Shown piece after piece: positions 50,390-64,000 of a stretch of 64,000 nucleotides of DNA. The notes under the pieces were generated by a model. That model saw only the letters and a program-made list of their open reading frames with translations, was not told where the DNA came from and ran no database searches. The position numbers and the translations under genes are program-made. The stretch is from NCBI GenBank assembly GCA_050084515.1, contig CM114271.1, positions 3,472,001 through 3,536,000 on the forward strand, given 5' to 3'. Each line of letters starts with the position of its first letter. The first letter of the stretch is position 1. Source of the DNA: Blasia pusilla. Its lineage: Eukaryota.

Positions 50390-50563
50390 TTGAACATCAA
50401 AAAAAATTGGAGTGGGGATAGAAGAAATGGGAAAGTGTGGAACATTAAGACAAGTGGGGAAAATGAGAAATAGGGAAAATATGGGGCCCACATAGACAAG
50501 TCCTCCCATAAGATTGATGTAAGTTTGCGGATATGACACGAACTTTGTCCACATTCAATCTTG
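50390..50563 (-). mobile_element. Partial copy of the 38458/60202-type MITE
   Basis: Reverse complement reads caagattgaatgtggacaaagttcgtgtc...ggacttgtctatgtgggccccat..ctcatt..acttg..atgttccacac. Confidence 0.65.
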
Positions 50564-52678
50564 GGTTTTTTTCTACAAAACCATCCTAATACATTGTAGG
50601 TGTGGAAAATCTAGTATACATCTAATATCATGTCATGCTGATTTTGCCAAAATTTAGATCCTAAACCTTGAAACTTGCATTTCAACTTCCATATGGGAGT
50701 CGAAGAGTTTGATTTTTACTAAAAGTCATCTTGAACCTAAGTTATGAGAGGCTAAATTGGTTGCTTTTACATTTTATGGTTATACTCCTTCTATTTTAGT
50801 TAAGTTGTCTTATCTACTTGAAAGTCATGTGTTAAGCATTGGAGGTGTTAGACAAATCAAAATGATATCCTTTAATATAAATCTCATACTACAATTCGTG
50901 CCCTACACTAGACTAATCATGTTACACACAAACTCATAAGCATTTCTTTTTGTTGCCTCTCCAAAATATTTTCTTGTTGTATGCAATATATATGAAAATA
51001 TTTTCTTACTAGCTTGTTGCCTTGTATCAAGCTACCTCAAGCTTGAGGATGTTTGCAAATCAAGAAGTCATTCTCTAATCATGATATCAATAATAATAAT
51101 AACTTCAAATAAATCTAATTCTTTGTTATAGATTTTTTCTCTACCATAAAATGGATATTAGAATAAAGGTTATATGTTGGTAAAATTGATCTAGTAAAAA
51201 AAATTTCTAGTGAAGGTTTTATCCTAACAAGAAAAAAATCATATAAATGTTCAATCATTTTAAGTAGCCAACATTAACTCATCCGAATCAGAAGTTGAAA
51301 ATTTATTGTTTAATGTTATCCCAAATATAATTAAAATAAATATATGATTTTAAATATAGATTATATGAAAATGTCCGTATTAAAAGCTATAGGTTACCAA
51401 AACAAAATCCTCACATAGTTACAACATCCCAATAATTTTGACAAGAAATATGCAATGAAGGATTTGCCTTACTACCAACTCAAAGTTCAACTTTTTGGAG
51501 AACTACGAGTACAAACTCTTGGTACAAAGCCATAATCACTATTAACTTTGAGGCATGAAATGGTTCAATAGAATTTAATAAGAAGACGATAATTTATATT
51601 ATAGAAACTATAAGGCCTTCCGCACTCATTTTAAAAATGAGAAGGCTATTTAATGTGGTTTTCTATGAATCGAAGTGTTTAGAAGATGTTTCCAGTAAAG
51701 TTCATGGCATTGGTGGGAATTGGAAAAAAATTACTTGCTCCATAGGGATCAAATGGAGAAAAAATCGGTTGTTGGTGTCTTACATATCGAAAATATTTCT
51801 AGATTTAGAAATATTTTCTAGTGGTAATTGTTGTGCTTGGGCCCTAGTAGTGAACATAATTACCCTTTGGGCTTTATCCAATATTTGGCATCTACCAAAC
51901 ATCTAGGACCTTCTCTTCGAATTTATTTTCTTGACAATTCAACCTTGTATTTGGCATTTGGTGCCTACATGGTATTTTTGCACCATGGAAGATGCCAATC
52001 CTAGAAACATTCCCACACTCTTTTGGCCACCTCCCATCTTCTAACATTCATTTTTGGTGATCTCCCCATCCCAACAACCTTGCCTTGGTAATCTTCTCGT
52101 GTCCAATGCCTAGTCTTGACGGCATTCCAACATTTAGTGCATAGTGTTGAGCCTTGGCGACCTCTAGATCCCGACACCCAACCCTCAAAATCTTCCTATA
52201 GCCGAAACTCAATCTTAATGATCTAGTATTTTCATGTTTGCACAATTCCAATAATTTTCGCCAAATTTTACTCAACCCGGTAAACCATTGCAACATTCCT
52301 CAAATGTTGTTCCCACTTCGTTAAACTAGCATGAGTTGGCAAGGTTAACAAGCCAAGCACGCACTTTTCTAATCACAATTTCCTTTCTACCTGTCGGCAT
52401 GCCCATTTCTGGACTCTCTTTAATAAATTAAAGAATTTTATATTGAGTAAAAAATGCACAATAAAACTCTCTTTTACTATTATTTGTTCCTTAGAAATTC
52501 AAAACTAAACTTTACCATTGTAAGTGTCCCGCACCCATTCATCCTTGGGTTAGGTCAAGGTTACTGTAAGTGCCTTGTGCCTCTTCATCCTTGGGTTAGA
52601 TCAAGGAGGGAAGGTAAGTGGGAAGGGAGACAAGGAAAAAATGAAATGCACACATCCGGATTCAAACCCACAACGACA

Positions 52679-53973
52679 TCTATCCTATAATTTGAGGAGT
52701 TCTTCTAACATGACGACACCTGCACAACATGACACATATCACCCTAAACCGATGCTTATATATCTTAAACCGGCACATAATTCAAGAAGGTGCATATATG
52801 CATGAGGCGCACATACATTCCGATAAGGGCCGCTTATGCATGACGAACACATCACCCTCCCTAACCAGTGCTCAATAGGAGAGGAGTACATAACGATTTC
52901 ATTTATTTTGACAAGTTTTTCTTATTATTATTAAAAAACTTAAAAATAAACATTAGAAAACCCAAAGATAAATAAGCCCAAGGTCACGAATGTAAGTGCA
53001 TAGTATCCCAAATAGCCTTACAATAATAAAAGTGGAGAATCATTATGGAAATGCGAGCCTTCTAAATTTGGAAGTTGCATTGAGTTTCGTTTGGGTTTTG
53101 GGGGAGTTTATACGAATTTGGAAGTCCCGTGAAATAAGCGGACAAGTGACCATTTAATGGTCGGCTAACGGCCCCGCGGTCGGGGGTGGGCCCGGCGCGG
53201 GCGCGTGGGAGTCACATGGCCACGCGCGTGAGTTGCTTGGGAATGTGCTGGACAATGGCAAGAGGGCGTGAGCTCCAGCTGGGGGGTTGTGGCTGGCTGT
53301 AGCGCCAGTCTGACTCCATAATACAAAACAAGCCATGGAAAAGTACAAAATTATGATTCTCGGCTATTTTAGAACATTTAATACAGCCTTTTCCTGATTG
53401 GTGCGTTCGCTGGCAGCCGTCTTGGATTTGAATCTTTGACCCGTTTTCAAGCAAAAGTGGTCGGTATCCCATTGGTCATGTCTTAGTTTTTATATTATTT
53501 ATTTTTTAATAATAAAATCCATTCCCTAACTTTTGACTTTTAACTTTTTGAAATCTTAATTATTTAATTACATAAAAACATTTTTCAATGATGATTTCGG
53601 ATTTACCGTCCCATATGCTTTGTATGGGCTAGTGGTATGTGAGAGGATAAACTTGCATTATATAAAGGAAAAAATGGCCCTTGTGTAGTGGAAGTTTATG
53701 CCTAATGCGTTGAAATGTCATTTAGGCCGGTTGGTTAGAAATTTGTTGAGTATTATATCTATATTTTTAAGAGAGGATGGGGTCGGAGAAATCCTACTCT
53801 CCTGTTGATACGTGTTCTTTCAAATTTTCATTGTTGTTGACACGCATCATATTCGAATAAGAATTAAATCAAGAAGATCAAATGCGTAAGGGATGAAAGG
53901 GGTGAGGGATGAAAGGGGTAAGGGATGAAAAAAATTCGCTCTTCACCCGTGCGTGGCAGAGGCATCATACTAG
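52679..53973 (+). mobile_element. Probable non-autonomous Helitron
   Basis: 3' end: degenerate hairpin cccgtgcgtggcagagg followed by CTAG|T (53970-53974). Candidate 5' end A|TCTATCCTATAAT at 52679. No TSD, as expected for Helitrons. The 5' boundary is uncertain. Confidence 0.45.
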
Positions 53974-53990
53974 TCTTTATATAGGATACT

Positions 53991-53993
<3 letters not shown>

Positions 53994-54046
<53 letters not shown>
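53994..54046. repeat. (TA)n microsatellite
   Basis: Seen directly in the sequence. Confidence 0.98.
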
Positions 54047-54047
<1 letters not shown>

Positions 54048-56699
54048 CATATTTCAAATACCACATGCAGCTCAAATGGAGAGAAACAATTGGGAGGGGA
54101 TCCGAGGAATGGAAGAATGAAACAACAATCACACTAAATGAGGAAGTGAGGCATCGTACGTATGATATGTGCACCAACCTAGTTCAAGAAAATGAACATC
54201 AAACATTGAATATATTTTGAGGTTTACTCATTGAGAAAATTTTCTCAATGGAAGAACGAAACAAAAATCACACCATTAAGGTTTACTCATTGAGAAAATT
54301 AATTTAGGATTCTTCAAAACCAAATATAATAGAAAATGTACTTTGCATGGATTTCGGTCTATGAACAATGGGCTTGTTATGCCATATGACTCATATCATC
54401 GAGAATCTATGGTAATAGGGAAATTTATTGTCTAAGCTCTTCCTTATCTTGCTATGTAAGTATTTTATTTCCATCAACTTTAATACCTCATGTCAACTTT
54501 AATTGTTGACATGGACTAAGTTTAATTAAATTTAATGTAAGGATCCGGTCTCTATTTTCTAACCATGATTTTAGTCCAACCATGAACCTATCTCAAATTT
54601 TTATTATAATCATAGCCTTTACACCTCCTAAATACTCTTTCAACTTCTTATTATAATCATGGCGTCATATATCCTATGAAAATATCAAATCATATTGTCT
54701 TGGAGCCATTTTAACTTCATAATGTCCATATTCCTATCATGGAAGAATCTATACTATTATTCAAGGAGCGTTCTTCAAATGGCGACAAGTGAGTGTTCAT
54801 CACATGTCATTTTAAGCTCAAGAATGTATGATGCGTGGCATTACTTGGCGTTGAGGGCGGCATAATCTGGCGTTTGGGGTTACAAGAATCAAGCATCGCA
54901 TGATCCTTCACAAGCCCTAACTAGTAACAATTAAAGAGGAATTCCTTTTGAGAGGAAATTCCTTTTTTAGCTACTTTTTAATCATATTCTTTGGAAACTC
55001 TAAGAAAATGAGATTCCATATTTTTTAGAAATTAGAAATTATAGTTTATTTGAATGTCATCTCTATACTCTTGAACCCTCCATCAAAGAAAATCTCCTTA
55101 TGTAAGTAATGATGATAAGTTGCTCCTCCGTCCATTCATGTTTCATATAGCCCTTGTTTATTGTAAATTTATTTTTATTTTTTTCATTGATAGCCAATGA
55201 TGATACATTTATTGTTCCTAAGGAGCTTAGGAACATTGCACTTTTAACTTCCAAACATGTGGAGAAAATGTTCCTTTCTGAAAGGTCAAGATCATTTTCT
55301 AATTATTTTTTTCTAATAAGAGTGGATTCACTCTATATTGACTTAAGTGTGAAATATTAAGTTGCTAAGTTGCGTTCTTCCATCAACTCTTCATGTTTAA
55401 GCATCCATGATATATGTTTATGTGACCTATTTCAAAGGAAAAAATTTATAAAATTCCATCTCTTTTGTGGATAGATGTGACTAATATTCTCAATCCTTGA
55501 TTCAAAGCATATAATCCACAATGAATCGTGTTCATAAAATCTTGAGGCTTCAATATTTATACAAAAATGGCCAATTTTTAAAACATAATTGCATCACATG
55601 AGATTAAAAGTTAAACCTTTCCCGTTGCAGATGAATGCTCATGAAGAGTTTCCATATGAGAACCTTGTGATTTGATTGTAGTTTTGATCAATCTAATAGA
55701 CATGACGTTACAAGAGAAATCTTTTAGAGTATTTTCAATCAAAATATAAATACACCTTTAAATATTTTTATCTATATAATTAAAAAAGGAGAGGGTTTGA
55801 GAAAACCCTCCTTGGGTGCTCACACCAATCCTCTCAGCACTCCTATGATGTCCCTTTGAGAGATTGAGTTGATTTAAAGAGAGATAGCAAAAAAGTTAAA
55901 TATCACTCTGCAACGACTAGTATTTCTTTTTTGCAAAGAAGTTATTCTTAATCTAAGAGAGAAAAGAAACAAATAACTTTCAATACGAAAATATGTGGCA
56001 CTTGAATTTGGAGGAGAACTATAAACGATCGGAAAATATGGATCCCACTTAATAGTAAAGCGTCAGAAAATATTTTCGACTTATTAGGTTATTTGAGAAA
56101 AGAATCTGCCGAAACTCGGAATATTTTGACATATTTTATTATCCGAGAAAATGGTATTCGTGAGAAATAACGGAAAATCGCTATGTAAAAGGTTTTATTC
56201 TTACTAACGGGAATTAGACTGTATAGGGCATACGGACTACTTCCATAATACACACGAGCGAAATTATCATATACACGTGCGGGACCAAACCACGTAGCGG
56301 ACAGGTGGTAGCCCATGTGGCGGCCATGTGGATCGGAGTCGTTCAACGGATTCCGTCGTTCTTTTCCGACCTCGCAACTTTCACGCGTTTTCGCTTTCTC
56401 TGTATGCCTTTGGTGATCTTCTTTCTACTTCATCCCTTAAATGTTGGCGCGGACGATTTAGTGATATTTCTTTTTCTTTTTTGGGATTGTTATTGCGTTT
56501 TGAGGTCCGCTAGGGGGGAATAAGAGGACTTATAATAGTGTTTTTCTTTGGGAATATGATAATTCACATGTGTTATTTTTTGGGAATATGATCATTCACA
56601 TGTGTTATTTTTTGGATCTAAGATAGGATAGGGTATGTGGTGGGAGAGTTGAATAGAGGGAGAATCTTTTTTTGAGGTTTGGAGGGTTGGTATCTTTGG

Positions 56700-57540
56700 G
56701 TTTCTACTTTCCATCTTTGATTCATCCATTCCAAGAGAGGAGGAATCACACTCAAAACTTGTTAGCGAATTCGTCTCACTTTTCCAATCTAGGATTATGT
56801 CAATGGTGTTATTGATGTGAGGGGTGCACGATGTCAAACTTTCTTGGGTGGGGAAAACCTTTACGGCAAGGGAAGATTTGGTTCACTCCCTTCTAGCTTT
56901 GCTTTATGGATTTCATATTGAAAGGATTCTCACTCAAAATGTGATAGCATATCGGTGCAACTTTATTTTCTTTTTCCTTCTTTTTTATCTAAGATCTAGT
57001 CAACGATGAGGGGATTGTATAATGTCAAATTTTCTACTATGGGAAAAATCTTTGTGACACGCAGAGGCTTCCAACTTTGCTTCATGGATTCCATCCTTCA
57101 AGGATTCCCACTCAAATTTGAAAGTGTAGTGTTGTAACTTTTCCAATCTAAGATTGAGTCAATGATGTAGGAGTTGCACGCAATATCATTGCCTAGAAAC
57201 AACAAAACCTTTATGACACACGGAGATTTTGTTTGCTACCTTCCAAATGTGCTTCATTGATTCCAACCTCTAAGGATTCCCACTCAAAGGTTTATAGCAT
57301 ATGTATGTAGCTTTTCCAATTCAAGACTCAATCAATTCAAAGGAAGTAGCATAATGTCGAAGTATCTACATCTCGGAAAACTATTATGGCATTCAAAGGT
57401 TGGGGTTGGTCTTTATGCTTTGCTTCATTGATTCCGTCTATCAATTTTCCATATTTCCACTCAAGGTTTGACAATGCATCTCTAAACCTTTTCCAACTTA
57501 AAATAGTATCAATCATGTATGAAAAGTATTGCATATTAAG
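56700..57540 (-). repeat. ~5 x ~175-180-bp degenerate tandem repeat with coding-like character
   Basis: ggattcccactcaaa...ttttccaatctaagat..gtcaat recurs near 56742, 56923, 57102, 57274 and 57453. Confidence 0.7.
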
Positions 57541-59616
57541 CTTATTTATGATCTGTAATGTATAAAGGATCTCAAATGAAATCAAGTTTGGATTTGTGGC
57601 TTTCCATTTGCAACCGCTAGACTTTTTATTAAGGTTGTAATTTAGTGCCAAAATTTAAAACTTATTTTTTCACTTTAAAAAAAAATTGAAAGTGATACAG
57701 GAGAACTTGGAAAAACAAGGATTGCAAGATGTATACCATTATTGATGCTAACCAAGGAAATTACCAAAAAAGGGGAAATATTGTAAATGTATCATACCAA
57801 CAAGCTTTCTTGGAGAAAATGATAAGGAATGGAAGTTGTTAAATAAATCATTACCGATTGTGAACACCACCAAAATATATGATAAGAAGGAACCATTTCA
57901 TGAACACTGGTTACATATAATTGAGTTCTAACTACCAAATGAGATATCTTTGGGAAAATTCATACAAATAATCCATCTTATCACAATGAAGTGTTACCTT
58001 CTTTGCATTGACATCGGCTACAGGAGCAGGTGGTACTTGAAGATGGACTAATAAGCTTATTTCACACTCTTCTCTCCAAGTTTTCAACTCTATTGGAGAG
58101 CATCATTGTTGAGAAATGACACATTATTTGTATTGAGTATCACACAATTCGTATCCCATGAAATTTTAAGAACTTGGGGAAAGAAATTTTCAAAGATGTG
58201 CTTTAAAAAGTCCATGAATTATTTGGCTCAAGATTTACAATTTTTTTCATTTCATTCACAAGGAATGAAAAGATTGGCTTTGCTTAGGAGAAACATGAAT
58301 CTTATTATATGATATGAATGCAATTCTTACTATTTATGAGCTGTACTATTCTTGTGGCCAATAACTTTCAATCCCAAATTTTTTTACCTCTTATGAGAAA
58401 TTGGAATTCCTATCACAAATCTAAAGCAAGAATTAAGAGATTATGTAAAACATAAATCATTAGACTTGTGAGTCAACATATCATTCTTAATCATGAATTA
58501 AGAAGTTAAGATCATAGTGTTTAGGCATTGGTGAATGGTGAAACTCTTGGAAGAAAAAATAGGAATCTAGGATGGTTATATTATAAAGAAAATTTTTGCA
58601 TCACCATTCCCAAAAATATTAACATAACTATTCATATTTAATTTTTTAGTTTTACTTAGGTAACTTAGAGCATTTATTTTCTTGCAACACTTCACTAATA
58701 TAATAATATTGATAAAAAATTTTACATTTTCTATGATTAAAATTTTATTTCTTAAAAATAATATATGTTAATGAAGCGAGAGAATAAGAATACTTTCTTT
58801 TTCTAGATGAAGTCATAATTGCAAAATCCTTAGAAATTCACTAAATGCAAGATAAGGTGCAAACTTTCCTTGTACCTATTCATCCTCATATTAGTATGAG
58901 ACAAGTTAGAGGTGAGTTATAGTCAAAGAGGGACTTCAAGTCTTAAAAAAAAACCAAGTGTCTACCATAAGATTTGAACTCCGGATTTGCTTATCTACAT
59001 GGAACACATTATCTACTATACTAGAGTCTCATTTATGTAATAGGTAGTAACAATAAAACGATTAATTTTTTATCCAAACATAACATATGGTCCTATGGCT
59101 AAACCAAACCAACCTTGGGTAGAAAACCCAAAGATGAATAAGTTTGAGGCAAAATTTTCGGCAATACTAGAATGTGAAAAATGTTCCTCTCATTGAAGAA
59201 TGCTTACTAGGGGTCAGGTTTGAAAATTTTCACAATGCCTATTATAGTATGTGCTTGAGCTTCCACTATTCCAAAAAATTTCACCACAAATGCTCTCAGA
59301 TTTATAATCCAAAACAGGTTAAGGTGAACTTTCATTCAATGATCAAATTTACTCTTTAATGTAAAAATGGAATCTATAATTTTGCACATAAGCTTTTTTC
59401 ACACATTGAAGATGAAAGTTCATGAGATCTCCACTTTTATAGATCTAAACTTCCCAAGTTTCATATCAATTGATGATACCTTCCAAAACTAGAAAATCAT
59501 ATGGTGATCACTTTGAAATCAAAGTTTTTCATGAAAAAGCACTCAACCATATTCAACATATTTTTTTTTGGTTGATTAAGGCTTAAAATTTGTTTATGGG
59601 TCCTTGGGGGTTTGGA

Positions 59617-60153
59617 AAAAGTTGCATGGAAATAGACGTGCCCAATAGATTCCCTGCCTGGATTTTTCAAGTACCCCAATGGCCTACGTAGGCTCAAAAT
59701 GTGGGAAAATATGCAGCTCAGATTAAGAGAGGTGGATAGGGATCAAATGGGTGTGCAAGCCATGAGCCCGCCTTGGTTTGCTCTAGGCTTGCACTAAAGT
59801 GAAGGAGGCCCACACAGGGCGCGCGGCCAAGCCCGCCCAAAGCCCATAGGACGGGCTGTTGTAGACTACCAAACGGGTGGCAGGAATGGGCAATGGGTTC
59901 CGAAATTTTTTACAAGGGTCTTTGGTTGGGAGTAGACTATGAAAGAGAGACTTTTGGGATCCTCGCCTACGTGACACGTCTCGATCTAGACTGGGTGTGG
60001 GCTACCAAGCTGGCGGAGCCAAGGTCTATGTCACGGGTGGAGGGGGTGCTAGGCTCGCACGCGGGCCGCGGGTATTTGAGTCCGCACGGACATGATTATA
60101 AGTCCAAGGTCATGGACATGTACGAGGAGAGGGGCTTTGTCTGTGCAACCTGG
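59617..60153. mobile_element. Older hAT-type non-autonomous element related to 40173-41124
   Basis: Ends aaaagttgcatggaaataga / tgtgcaacctgg. Degenerate TSD ggtttgga/ggtcggga. Shared internal ggatcaaatgggtgtgcaagccatgagcc. Confidence 0.65.
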
Positions 60154-60201
60154 GGTCGGGAGAGAGGACTTGGTTTATAAGGGAATTTTGGGGCTAGAGG
60201 G

Positions 60202-60513
60202 CAAGGTTGTATGCGTACAAAGTCCGTGTTCGTGGACTTATGTCCGTTCTATGGAAGGACTTGTCCGTATGGGCCCCACCTTTCCCTTCTTTCTCATTCC
60301 CCTTACTTGCTTTCGTATTCCATACTCCCCCATTTCTTCCTCCCTCCACCTCCACTCCTTCCCCCCTCATTGCTCCTCTCATCCTTGCCTTGCCTTCCAT
60401 CATGGACTAAAAGTGTGGGTCCCACCTCTTGGAATTCATGTCCGTGGACATGTCCAGACTTGTCCGTCCATGTCCATCCTAAGGAAGGACTTGTCCGTTT
60501 TTGTGCAACGATG
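60202..60513. mobile_element. hAT-type MITE (38458 subtype)
   Basis: Ends caaggttgta / tgcaacgatg. TSD ctagaggg/ctagtggg (7 of 8). Confidence 0.8.
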
Positions 60514-61915
60514 CTAGTGGGATAGGTTGGGGTCAGCACAAGCGGGGCCGGGGCACGGCTTCACCCTGGTGAAGGCAGCAAGGAACCAATATCTTTCTAA
60601 TCTATATACTGATTGGAGGATGCAATTCTCTGAAGTCGCTCCTCTGCTCTCTCTTTGACACGTGTCACTAAACTTCTCTCAAAAATATTTTAGTCACCTT
60701 GACAAGGTTTGAAAATTGGTAAAGAGAGTTTAAGTTATTAATCATGCGTGCATCCCTTTATCAAATTTTCCCTTGCGGGTCCTAACTATTTTCTTGATTT
60801 ATCTTTTTATTTCCTTCATGGGATTTTTCCTTCTCTTTAATCACCGTCAACCTTCTCTTAGAATGTCACCAAAAAAAGTTCATAAATCATACTCTTAATA
60901 TTCCAATGGCATAAAACAAGTCCCCCCAAATATTTGAACAAATGGGAAATTTTCGCCATTAAATTCCATTCTTCTCACTTAGCCAACCGAATACGAAGAG
61001 ATAAATTTTTTCGCAAATTGTTTTTCCTTTTTTTTCTCTTAATTTATCTAAAATCAATGAAGAAGATGAGTGAGTGAAAGCGAATAAGAACCCATTGGGC
61101 CCACAGTCACGACGTCGCAATGCATGCATGCGGCGTGCCTCGTCAGCATTGGTACCATCGCGACGCGTGCGCCGTCAGGAATGTTTTTGCCACGTGGATT
61201 TAGAACTGTTGTTGGTTTCATGGGGTTCCGTATCCTCTGCTTTAATTGGGGGGGGGGGGGTTCACGACTTTTGGAGCCGCTACATTCTCTCTTCCTTTAC
61301 CAAACAAACGAGAAATTATAAACGAATATAAATAAAAAAATATAAAAAAGTTTCATTAGAGGAGAAGGAATGTTGTGAGCTCGAACTTCGAAAAATTGGG
61401 AGCATTCATGGAAATGATGTTTGCTATGAGGGGACGAAGAAAAGATGGAATGAATGGAGATATATTATACAAATTTAGTCCTCTAGGCATGAGCCCGTGT
61501 ATGTGAATAAGTAATTAAATTTAAATGACACCATTAATGTGAACAATGGGGTGAAAAAAATATTAAGTTATCTCATTTTGATAAAAGTTTCGTGCATGTT
61601 AGACGTTAGTATCATATGAAAAACTTAGGTTTCAGTATTCACGACCATAGAAGTTGGATTTTATTTTTTTGTCATTTTATAGTTATAGCAAGCCTGGGAA
61701 ATAGGTATCCTTAGTTTTTTTTTTTTAATTCTTAATTTCTTTTTACACGTGTCAATAAGGGAAGGCTGCAAAAAGCCTACATATTAATAAAGGATGCGGT
61801 TCCCTAAATCCCATCTTCTATTAATAATAGATAGTAATTTAATTTTTATTTTTTCTTATTATTAAAATAATTTTCTTATTTTATCAAAATATCTTATATC
61901 TTTGAAATTTCCCTC

Positions 61916-63720
61916 TCAACCAAGTTTGAAAGTGCAACGAAGTGCGAAGAAGAGGATAAGTGCGAAGAAGGTAAGAAGGATGTCATAGAAAATATTGGGA
62001 GAGAATCCATAAGCCACTGGGGGATCCCCTAAATGAGGTAAGAAATGAAGCCATTCCATGTCTTTCAAAAAGGGCCTCATCCAAGAACTTTGAGACAAGT
62101 CGATGAAGTAAATTGGAACCCAAAACCCTTCAATATAAATGTGAAAATCAGGAGTAGGCAGGGTGAATGTTGAGGGAAGCCATGAAAGAGACCATACTCC
62201 ACATTTACTAGGTTGGAATTTTAGGTGTAAGAAAGAGAGTTGCTCCACAAAATGAATATAAGTAGGAACCACTTCAGAAGGAGGACTTATAATGTGAGTG
62301 TCATCACTAATAGAAGGGAGAAGACAAGGAGGAAGGGAAAAGACAAGATGGAAATGCTTGCGCTAATGCTCGAAGGGTACGAAAATGGGCAATGGCAAAG
62401 AGTGGGCCATCAATGGGATCACCTTGACGCATGCCACAAGCCGATTGGAGAATACTATATTCCCCAAAAGTAGCATGCTGAGAATAGATAATGGGTGTAT
62501 TATAGGCATCGGAATGAGACTCGCAAGTTGTCCTCCTATACAACGTAACTCCTCAACTTTAAGATGACTGCACAAGAAACCGAATTGACTGCGTTAGCCA
62601 CATAGACTTGAATTGCTATCCACTCTGGATGAATATGAAGAGTGGAACGAATCGTATGCATCATAACTTCACAACCACCAGGAGTTTCCATTCCAAATTG
62701 ATGAGGAAATAAGCGAGCACTAAAGTGAGGAAAAAATTGTAAGCACATGGATCGACTAACCAAGCAATATAAAACCTCTACAATAGCCACAGCAAGACAC
62801 CTGACGGAGGCTTATCCATAGCCAACAAATGACAAGCCCCTAAAAGCCTAGAGAAAGAGAATGAGAGACCACCTGCCAAAAAATGTGCACACACCTTATA
62901 TATAGAGACAAAACCGATTGCTAAATCTCCCATGATAAAGCAGTCACGGAGATGCTAAAATACTATCCTTGATAAGCAAGGAGTATGAAGAAAATTCCTT
63001 GTGAAAACCTCCAAGTCAAGCTCCAATTCAAGATCGGTTGTATAGTCTTCCACAAAAGGTAGTGCATCACCACTTGAAGGAGAGTGAGGAACTTCTAAGA
63101 GAGCCACCGTATACGTACTTGGAATCGTTGGAGAGAGAGGATCCAATGCTCAAGCCGCACGTAAAAACTCACCAACTTGCTCCAAAAGTAGACTTTGTTG
63201 AAGGCGTTGTTGTATTGAAGGCCTCCCATGATTGGCATGTTGAGTGGGATGAGCCTTAGCTAAGTCCTCTGCTTGAAGTACATGCTCATTTTGAAGCAAT
63301 CCCTAGACATAAAGCGTTGAATACGTGTGGAGGTTTCACGATGACCCGTCGCACCACTCCTTGGAGGGAGGACTAAAATATTAATCCATTGTCGGAAGAG
63401 TAATAGGAGATACCAAACATTAATATCTGTGGGATCACACACTAACCTTTCTAATGGAAAAAGCAGAGCTTATTGGATGATGGGGCAAAGAGTAATAGGA
63501 ATGCGAATGTAGAGTCTAGGACGAGGGAGATCTTGATGGAAAGAGAAAAGGAGATCAATTTGGCTTAATTAGGTCCAAGTAAATGTTATGGGGAGTATAG
63601 TAGGAGGTATCTAGTTAAGGATTGAAGGCCCATGCATGGATCAACAGTACCGCTGATGTCTTTTGATTCCATTAGAAGCACACTCCTTATCACAAGATGT
63701 GCAACAAACTTTTGGCACAA
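61916..63720 (-). mobile_element. Diverged CRE-like non-LTR retrotransposon, 3'-truncated; copy 3
   Basis: Zinc-finger-like CTSCDKECASNGIKRHQRYC, DPTDINVWYLLLLF, HQFGMETPGGCEVMMH, QVYVANAVNSVS, GMRQGDPIDGPLFAIAH, LPHLGDPPVAYG. Confidence 0.8.
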
Positions 63721-64000
63721 TTGTAGAAGTAAAAGGGTTATAAGGAGAGGAGGTGGGAGGTAGAAGAGGTGGTGATGGATGACGATGAGGGGTGAGTAGG
63801 TTGGGGAATGAGGAGGAGGAAGACGGGAGATAAGATTAGAAGAGATAGAAGCTGGAAGCAAGGGCACAAATGAGATATGTGAGGATGGAAAAGTAGTAGG
63901 ATTTGGTTATAATGGATCAAGATTTGGCTCAACACGATGAGACGAAAAGGGAAAAGAGGAAAATCTGAAAGAAATGTAGTAATTGTAATGGGGGTTAATA

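Noticed and set aside
53888-53932. AGGGATGAAA x3 resembling the Ac/Ds TIR
   Set aside because: Direct 16-bp tandem copies with no inverted partner or TSD.
57700-58560. Possible DNA-transposon transposase remnant in AT-rich DNA (also 51600-52330 and 55000-55700)
   Set aside because: Coding-like texture only; no recognisable catalytic motif.

Overview
This is repeat-dense eukaryotic nuclear DNA, most likely from a plant (inferred from tRNA-iMet-primed Copia and chromovirus-type Gypsy elements; a non-seed lineage is a guess). No host protein-coding gene could be identified. From left to right: a Copia pol remnant (~330-1310) is interrupted by the 3' end of a minus-strand chromovirus (LTR 1311-2323, chromodomain to 3120). 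That in turn is interrupted by a ~9 kb Ty3/Gypsy element (3121-~12191) with the order gag - protease - DNMT3-like C5 cytosine methyltransferase - RT - RNase H - integrase - PHD finger. This methyltransferase-plus-PHD retrotransposon is the standout. It lacks a canonical tRNA PBS and has a possible self-priming signature. The window also holds three decayed CRE-like non-LTR retrotransposons plus an inverted 3' fragment, a 3'-truncated chromovirus-family copy with a 4x209-bp tandem amplification in its integrase, a full-length decayed Copia (43832-48773), a hAT-type MITE family with 8-bp TSDs, a probable non-autonomous Helitron, a miRNA-like hairpin and microsatellites. All element ORFs are broken by stops or frameshifts; some small indels could be assembly error. 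All calls are by-eye motif recognition; no database searches were run.
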